Shown piece after piece: positions 59,678-64,000 of a stretch of DNA of 64,000 nt. A program made the translations under genes and the position numbers. Origin of the DNA: Eukaryota sp. TZLM1-RC (taxonomy: Eukaryota; Protista; Metamonada: BaSk clade); the NCBI GenBank assembly GCA_040285825.1, contig JAUPSS010000004.1:4369784-4433783 (forward strand), written 5' to 3'. Positions within the stretch are counted from its first letter, which is position 1; each line of letters opens with the position of its first letter. The notes beneath the pieces are model-generated. The model ran no database searches and was not told where the DNA came from. It saw nothing but the letters and a program-made list of their open reading frames with translations.

Positions 59678-59811
59678 TTTTAATTAACGAAACGGGAGAA
59701 GGTAGTGTAGGTATCTCACTAGTGAGTACCTTTATATAGAATGACATTTAATAAAATTAACTTTATCTTAACTCTCTTTACATCCAGCTAGCATAATGCC
59801 CAACGGCAACA

Positions 59812-61846
59812 TATGTTGAACAGTTTCCATCAATTGGTCATTGCAAAAGAAATTAAATAATTTCATGGTTAAATCACTATCCCTCCAACAATAAACTGCA
59901 ATTGCAGTTCTTCTTTGGGATAAGGAAAAATCAGAGAAGAGAACATCTTCTTGAACCTTCCAATACTTTGCAATATTCTGAGGATCAAGGTCAATTTTTC
60001 CTTCTCCTAATAAAATTTCATAAACTGTGTTTAGTTTGCGTGGTTGATAATAATTTGTGAAAATACTACAAGTTTCAACAACAAATCGACCAGCAATTAA
60101 AGGTTTCCAGTCGCTGTGATTCAATTCTATTAAATTTGAATTATCGAATTGAACCCATTCACTATGACCGATTTCACCCTTAAAACAGTCCTCATTTTAA
60201 GAACGTTTCCTATTATGGGATGTCAACTTTGAAAATATTAAAACCACATGTTATATGAGGGTTATAAGTTTCTGATAATTTTTGAAACGAACTTAGCAAT
60301 TCATTTTCAGAGGAATGATGATATAAAGTGATATTCTTATCTTCAACTTTGCAACAATGTTCATTTCTGCTTGTTGACTTTTCTTCAAGATCACAAAAAC
60401 AAAGATTGAATTCAATCTGTTCTCGAGAAAAAATATGAGAAACAGAATTTGCAACAATCTTTCTTGTAGATTGACAGTAAGAGATGGAATGTTGTCTTGC
60501 AGAAATGACAATTATTTCATTCTCATCACTGAGCTTTTTACCCAACACCAAAGTTTCAATATCAAAATGTAATATTCTGATAGTAAATTGTGTTTTGACA
60601 TTTGATGGTGTCACTAAAGGGTATAAACATTGAGTCAGCGGATTTTCATTGAAAAGTGTTTTTACATGTTTGAAAGGTCGGCTCAATACATCAGCTCGCC
60701 TTTTTCTGATGGTTTTATGTAAAGATGAACATTGCTTTGTCTCAAATGATTTTCGTTCATTGTCAACACAGCTATAAAAACATCTTTTGTCTTGATTTAC
60801 AAAATGTTTAATGTGAGCTGAATCAATTGAATTGAGCTGATTTGACAAAAACAAATTGATCATTCTTTTTGCAAATAATATGGTGAATACTCCACAATCA
60901 TACAAATTAGATTGAAAAAATTCAGATATATTCTGACTGATATTGATTCCAAGTTTTTCCAAAATTATTGATTTAATTTTTTGATGCTGTTCTTCATTAT
61001 GACGAAGACTAAAAGAAAAGCTTTTAATGTTCTGGATTTGATCCAGAATGCAACATGTACCCAATGTTGTCCAGTAGTAAATTGTTCGTCAACAGATACA
61101 ATCAAATTTGATTGATGAAATGCATCGTTATAGGGTAGAAGAATCAATGTGTTTTCTTCGTCGCCAGAATTGATCAATTGTGAGCAACAATCCTCTGGAA
61201 CAAATCCCCTAAAAAACATTAGGGCTGACGCGATGGGCCAAACAAGTATTTTGTGATGTGACAGTGGAGTTGATGACTGATTGATAAAGTTGTTGATCGA
61301 ATCAGTAATTTGTTCATCATCTAACTACCTGTCTTTAACATCATCACTTTGTTGCCCTCCACCTGTTAAATCAATTTTTTGAAAATTTACATTGTTATTA
61401 GACCAACGAATTAAATTGATATAATTTTTAATAAAAGAATTATAAAATATTTTACCAGATAGGTCATCAATCTCTCCAAAATAAACACAAAATGAATTGC
61501 TCCCTTCTATAAAGAGGCTGTGGATGGAGACACTGATGTGTGAAACACATACAGCTTCCAGGCTCGTGCCCCAGACACGACCACCAAATTCATTGATAAT
61601 GTGTTTTCTTGAAGGAATTATGAAATGTTTATTAATCAATAGTGTTGAACAATTTATAAAAACTTCATGATGGACTACTTCGACACATTGACCCTTCTCA
61701 ACCAAACAAGAGGAAGAGTCAATCTGACAAAGTAGTTTATTTTCAACCAAATGGTCAGGAGAGTCTTCATGAGAAAAAGTTCCCTTGTTACGTTCGGTTG
61801 AACAGGAACTCACCTGTGAAGGTGGAATCTCAGGAGGAAAGGTCAA
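59812..61846 (-). pseudogene. SENP8/Ulp1-like (C48) cysteine protease fused to a family-B-polymerase-type 3'-5' exonuclease domain
   Basis: (stop, probably W)LDDEQI, LLPYND, GQHW, QSNLYDCGVF; then HFDIET (Exo I), SENELL, GFNIFKVDIP (Exo II), KLNTV..LGEGK.DL, YCWRDSDL (Exo III). The protease Cys and Exo I/II share ORF 60213-61064. Confidence 0.82.
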
Positions 61847-62186
61847 AATTCATCTTAAATGTATGAATAAAGATTGTTGATTTCCAACATGCAGTTTTGC
61901 CTATTCACTATTGTAGATTACAAGGCTATACACAGCATCCAAATTTGTGCAACTAAACACTTTATTCTAAATCAGTCTTGAAGTGAATACAATCATGAAA
62001 CTATGTTGTAAGAAGATTTAAATTATTCAACCAATTAGATTCATAGAACAATTGAGTAATAAATCACACTTAGGCAATGGTTTTGGGCACTCCACATTCA
62101 GACATATTTTAGATGAGTTGGGGTGTAGAATATGCTGGACGACATTAAGGATGAGGAACGATGAATCAAAATCTCAGTTACCAACA

Positions 62187-64000
62187 ATGGCTGATACAAC
62201 CATTAATGTCACATCTTCTAAAGATTCACCCTCTAAGACTACTCGTTCTGTGTCACTGATTCAGTTATGGAGACTCTATCCTCGTCACAAAGTTCTGCTA
62301 TATCTCGGATCTATTCTCTGTTTTATTTCAGGTCTTGCTATGCCATTGTTTGCTCGTTTGTTTGGTGACATCTTCGAGGCGTTCACTCTTCCTTCTGACG
62401 AAATTCGAGGTGAAGTTTTTGATCGTTGTATTCGCCTAGCCATCCTTGGTGTTGTTTTCTTCATCCTCAACTTTCCAGGTACAGCAATGCTTGGGTATCT
62501 AGCCGAACATGTCCTCTACTCCATCAGAGTAAAGCTTTTTGGGTCTTTAATTGAAAAACCTAGTGCTTTTTTTGATAACCACCAATTGGGTACACTAGTA
62601 AATAAGATTTCTGATGACTGTGCTATTGTACACAAGGGGGTTGGTGAAAAACCTGCCCAAGTTGTTTTTAATTTTGGTCAATTTTTGTTTGCCATGATTT
62701 TGGCTTTTTACGAAAATTGGAGGGTCACTGGTGCCCTTCTTCTTCTCTCTCCTATACTCATCGTTACCGGGGCTATGGAGTCAAGAATGACTGAAATGGC
62801 GGCCAAGAACCAATCAGATGTGAAGGGAAAGGCTTATTCCATCGTTCAGCAATCTTTAGATGGAATTACCACAGTCAAAAGTTACACTGCTAAGGAAGGA
62901 ATGTTGAAAAAGTACCTCAAGGCTGCTGTTGTGCCTCTGAAACTAGGAATCAAAAAGTCCAAACTTGAAGGTTTCACTGTAGCCTCAATGTTTGGTTTAA
63001 TGATGCTTGTCTATGCAGGCTCTCTCTACATTAGTGGTGTTTTTATTGCCAATGGTACAGCCAGTGCTGGTGATGTTGCTGCTGTTTTCCTCTCGGTGAT
63101 GATGGGGATTATGGCCCTAGGAAACCTTGGTGGTTCATTAGGACCAATCGCAAAAGCAAAAGCAAGTGCAAGTAGTGTATACGAACTTATAGAAGCTCCA
63201 GCTGATGATCTCAACGAAAGCGGCATTATTAAAGAGTTGAAGGGTCATTTAAAGATTGAGAATGTCACTTTTAGGTACCCCACTAGGCAAGATGTGACTG
63301 TATTAAAGAACTTTTCTTTAGAAATTGAACCAAATACCACTGTAGCCTTTGTTGGAACCTCTGGAGGTGGTAAATCTACAAGTTTGTTGTAGTTAAATTT
63401 TAATCTTAGTTATTAATCTGTTGCAAAAGTTTTATGATCCAGAAGAAGGAAACGTTATTGTTGATGGAATTCCTTTGACTGATTTGAATCTAACTGCTTT
63501 TAGAAGGCAAGTTGCCCTTGTTGAGCAACATCCCAAGCTTTTTTCAGGAACTATTAAGGAGAATATTTTATTTGGCCTTTTCGGAACTGGTTTAGAATAT
63601 TCTCAGCCAGAATTGGAAAATAAAGTGATTGATGCTGCGAAAAAAGCCAATGCTTTTGATTTCATTACCTCCCTTCCCAATGGCTTTGATACTGAACTCA
63701 ATGAAGGGACCGAACTCAGTGGAGGCCAGTTACAAAGGATCTCCATTGCTAGAGCCTTGATTCGTGAACCAAAAGTTCTTTTACTTGATGAGTTTGTGTT
63801 TTGCTTTCTACTTATTCTAGACCAACTTCTGCTCTTGATTCCGAGTCTGAAAGGATGGTACAAGAAGTGTTGGAAGAAATGATGACTTCCCTGTCCTGTA
63901 CAATGATTATAATTGCTCATAGACTCTCCACTGTCAGAAATGCTGATAAGATTGCTGTCATTAATCGAGGGTTAATTGCAGAGGGTACCCATGAAGAGTT
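62187..64000 (+). CDS. ABCB1/MDR P-glycoprotein-type ABC transporter (partial); introns 63382-63409 and 63792-63820
   Basis: ABC TM domain, [29 protein letters not shown]; splicing gives LLLDEPTSALD and IAHRLST. Confidence 0.93.

Larger units (their letters stand above)
51813..59811 (+). mobile_element. Ty3/Gypsy chromovirus G3
   Basis: 106-bp LTRs (51813-51918 and 59706-59811, one mismatch); TSD TATG; PPT GGGAGAAGGTAG; fused gag-pol. Confidence 0.95.

Noticed and set aside
59768-59811. C-terminal MLPLGIMLAGCKES of ORF 59768-60124 (and VGALRLISYE of ORF 50829-51413)
   Set aside because: Read-through into LTR sequence, not part of the original proteins.
22824-61846. Stop-codon reassignment to explain in-frame stops in Fanzors and the protease gene
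   Set aside because: Host genes are intact and end in TAA, TAG or TGA, and the same loci also carry frameshifts.
59812-61846. Polinton/adintovirus call for the protease plus PolB region
   Set aside because: No polymerase domain, capsid, ATPase, own integrase or TIRs; the exonuclease motifs are not of the protein-primed type.
1-64000. tRNA or rRNA genes
   Set aside because: No cloverleaf or rRNA-like sequence recognised by eye; tRNAscan-SE/Infernal would be needed to exclude them.

Overview
AT-rich, gene-dense eukaryotic (protist-like) DNA in the standard genetic code, with 26-33 nt spliceosomal introns. About a dozen host genes are recognisable: a RING-(pseudo)kinase, a KNL1/Spc105-like kinetochore protein, an XPG/Rad2 nuclease, an OB-fold protein, Atg18/WIPI, an LRR-IQ protein, an MFS sugar transporter, a biotinidase/vanin and ABCB1/MDR. 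These sit among many nested mobile elements: three Ty3/Gypsy LTR retrotransposons with 78-136 bp LTRs (two with a visible chromodomain), two Gag-only LTR elements each inserted in a Gypsy pol gene, two families of RLE-type (CRE-like) non-LTR retrotransposons, a hAT-type MITE and seven Fanzor (eukaryotic TnpB) loci from about five families. Main observations: (1) removing the Gypsy at 51813-59811 joins a SENP8/Ulp1-like protease plus PolB-type 3'-5' exonuclease gene directly to a Fanzor1 gene, in frame apart from one stop; (2) the LTR families carry a covarying palindrome (CAWTAATTAWTG consensus) where a tRNA primer-binding site would normally be; (3) strand-specific, G-U-supported hairpins (candidate omegaRNAs) follow the Fanzor ORFs. 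All calls come from manual reading and motif recognition; no searches were run.
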